A stretch of DNA of 57,272 bases, from positions 4,128 to 61,399 of the forward strand of contig JBBDXP010000015.1 of NCBI GenBank assembly GCA_040902285.1, in the 5' to 3' direction. Under the pieces are notes generated by a model that made no database searches, had not been told where the DNA came from, and saw nothing but the letters and a program-made list of their open reading frames with translations. The number at the start of each line of letters is the position of its first letter. Position 1 is the stretch's first letter. This DNA comes from Candidatus Spechtbacterales bacterium (lineage in GTDB: Bacteria; Patescibacteriota; Minisyncoccia; Spechtbacterales; 2-12-FULL-38-22). A program made the position numbers and the translations under genes. Shown here piece by piece: positions 55,775 through 57,272 of this stretch.

Positions 55775-57031
55775 TTATTCCAACAATGCGGCGGCAAGAC
55801 CTAAGAACGCCAAAAAACCGAAAACATCGGTAGCGGTTGTTATAAATACGGTTGCCGAAGAAGCCGGATCCTTTCCCAGCCGATGCATTATAAGGGGCAC
55901 CAGCGTGCCGAAAAATCCCGCGATAACAAGATTTACCACCATTGCGACACCCAATACTGCCGCTATTTTGTAATCCCCGCTTATGGCCACAACAACACCC
56001 GCGGCAAGCGCCCCATTAAGCACGCCATTAGCCAATCCCGAGAGCAATTCGTTGCGCAAAGTACGCCAGACAGTTGCAAGAGTAATTTGATTAAGCGCTA
56101 TACCACGCACAAGAACGGCCAAGGTCTGAGTGGCGGCGTTGCCCCCCATTCCCGCTACCACGGGCATAAAAACGGCAAGCATTACATATTTGGATATTGT
56201 ACTGTCAAAAAAACCCACGGTAAAAGCAGCTATAAACGAGGTTACAAGATTAAGAGCAAGCCACTTGTATCTGTGTGATATTTTTTTAGATGCCGTATCC
56301 AGCGCGCTTTCTTCGCTCGAAACTCCCGCAAAATCGTATAATGATTTTGAACCCTGCTCGTGCAAAAATTTTAAAATGTCATCAGAATATACTATCCCCA
56401 AAACCTCTTTATTCTCCCCCGTCACAATCAGTTTATTGTGAGGGTGTGAGCGAAACTCTTCCAGCACCTCTTCGTGAGTGGCCGTATGCTTTATCGTGCG
56501 AATGGGGCGCGTGTATTTTTGAATTATATCGCCCGGGCTGGCAAAAATAAGTTTGTGCATGGGTAAATATCCGACAAGCGCGCCATTTTTCATTATTAGA
56601 GCAACCGGCAGGCGTCCTGTTCTTTTTTCATGTACTTCCAAACGTTTGGCAACATTGGCTATAGTATCGTTTTCTTGAACCTGCACATAATCTATATTCA
56701 TTAACCCCCCGGCTGTTTCGGGGTCAAACCTAAGAAGCATAGATACTTCTTTTTGTATTTCCCGACTTACAAGCGACAGTAGTCTTTTCTGCGCCTTTGG
56801 CGGGAACATTCCCACGATATCGGTGGCCTCATCGGGATCCAAATACTCAAGCAGGCGGACAAGGCTGTGTTTAGGAACTTTGCTTAAAATTTCATACTGA
56901 ATATTGGTTGCCAACCCAAGCACAACCTGCGCCTGGGTTTTTAGCGGCAAGGCAACAAAAATTTCCACCCGCTCATCGGGGTTAGAATTAATGCGTTGTA
57001 TTGTGTTTTGTATTTTATTCTTTTTCGGCAT
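55775..57031 (-). CDS. mgtE: Magnesium transporter MgtE
   Basis: ETAGGLM, CBS pair, MPVVAGMGGN..TQ, DPA.SA..FITT.TDV. Confidence 0.94.
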   Translation of the reverse strand: MPKKNKIQNTIQRINSNPDERVEIFVALPLKTQAQVVLGLATNIQYEILSKVPKHSLVRLLEYLDPDEATDIVGMFPPKAQKRLLSLVSREIQKEVSMLLRFDPETAGGLMNIDYVQVQENDTIANVAKRLEVHEKRTGRLPVALIMKNGALVGYLPMHKLIFASPGDIIQKYTRPIRTIKHTATHEEVLEEFRSHPHNKLIVTGENKEVLGIVYSDDILKFLHEQGSKSLYDFAGVSSEESALDTASKKISHRYKWLALNLVTSFIAAFTVGFFDSTISKYVMLAVFMPVVAGMGGNAATQTLAVLVRGIALNQITLATVWRTLRNELLSGLANGVLNGALAAGVVVAISGDYKIAAVLGVAMVVNLVIAGFFGTLVPLIMHRLGKDPASSATVFITTATDVFGFLAFLGLAAALLE

Positions 57032-57153
57032 TATTGGAGTTTAAATTTCTTTATACATTCTACCATCTTAAATGATTTTGTTTATATAAAACCTTCGTTT
57101 TTGTGGGCTTTTCATACAGATAAAACTGTATTATAATATACGAGCAAATATAT

Positions 57154-57224
57154 TGCCCCGTAGTTTAGTGGTAGAACGCTGGGTTTTGGTCCCAGAAGCT
57201 GAGGTTCGAATCCTTGCGGGGCAA
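57154..57224 (+). tRNA. tRNA-Gln (anticodon TTG)
   Basis: Acceptor TGCCCCG/CGGGGCA; D-arm; anticodon stem CTGGG-TTTTGGT-CCCAG; T-loop GTTCGAATC; CCA not encoded. Confidence 0.95.
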
Positions 57225-57272
57225 CAGCGAACGGAAATACTTTCAATACTTTGCATTTTCAGATATGCGCGC

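Noticed and set aside
1-57272. CRISPR array or cas genes as the source of the spacer-sized insert
   Set aside because: No regularly spaced direct repeats or cas-like ORFs seen, and no repeat-length duplication flanks the insert.
1-57272. DGR reverse transcriptase, avd or template repeat
   Set aside because: No YxDD RT motif and no AAC-rich near-copy of either VR-like tail was found by eye in this window.
1-57272. Recoded genetic code (TGA as Gly, code 25)
   Set aside because: TGA terminates several confident genes (degT-upstream ligase overlap region, kinase, deacylase, gltX, ftsW-adjacent overlaps) and conserved proteins translate fully in code 11.

Overview
This window looks like a Patescibacteria (CPR) chromosome segment, probably Parcubacteria-like. 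Support: roughly 40% GC by eye, genetic code 11 with TGA used as stop, rpL9 present, dense translationally coupled genes mostly without Shine-Dalgarno sites, and an uncharacterised-protein-rich envelope repertoire. Housekeeping content includes a peptidoglycan/division cluster (Mur ligase, femX-like, dac, mraY, murI, murD, ftsW, murG), aspS, gltX, greA, rpmA, rplI, priA-def-fmt, a glycosyltransferase/O-antigen-ligase/LCP cluster, Ni-SOD with its protease, Dsb/VKOR redox genes, a CsoR-regulated copper island, a Ca-type P-ATPase, mgtE and tRNA-Gln(TTG). Genes are mostly on + up to about 26.9 kb and mostly on - after that, suggesting the replication terminus. Four observations stand out. (1) A GC-rich gene resembling a diversity-generating retroelement (DGR) target (1863-2674, -) is broken in its variable-repeat-like 3' end by a 29-bp insert. 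The insert matches the ctpA/S41 protease gene 26 kb away at 28/29 positions, and removing it restores a 260-aa protein. (2) A second DGR-target-like paralog lies at 43.0-43.7 kb, with no reverse transcriptase or template repeat visible in the window. (3) A 12-6-12 dif-like inverted repeat sits just upstream of a lone Xer recombinase gene near the strand switch. (4) There are several small palindromic and periodic-repeat elements, one translated in frame inside FemX, plus scattered promoter-SD-ORF-terminator orphan 'cassettes' and a candidate sRNA. No CRISPR array, rRNA, transposase or reverse transcriptase was recognised. All calls come from reading motifs by eye; no database searches were run.
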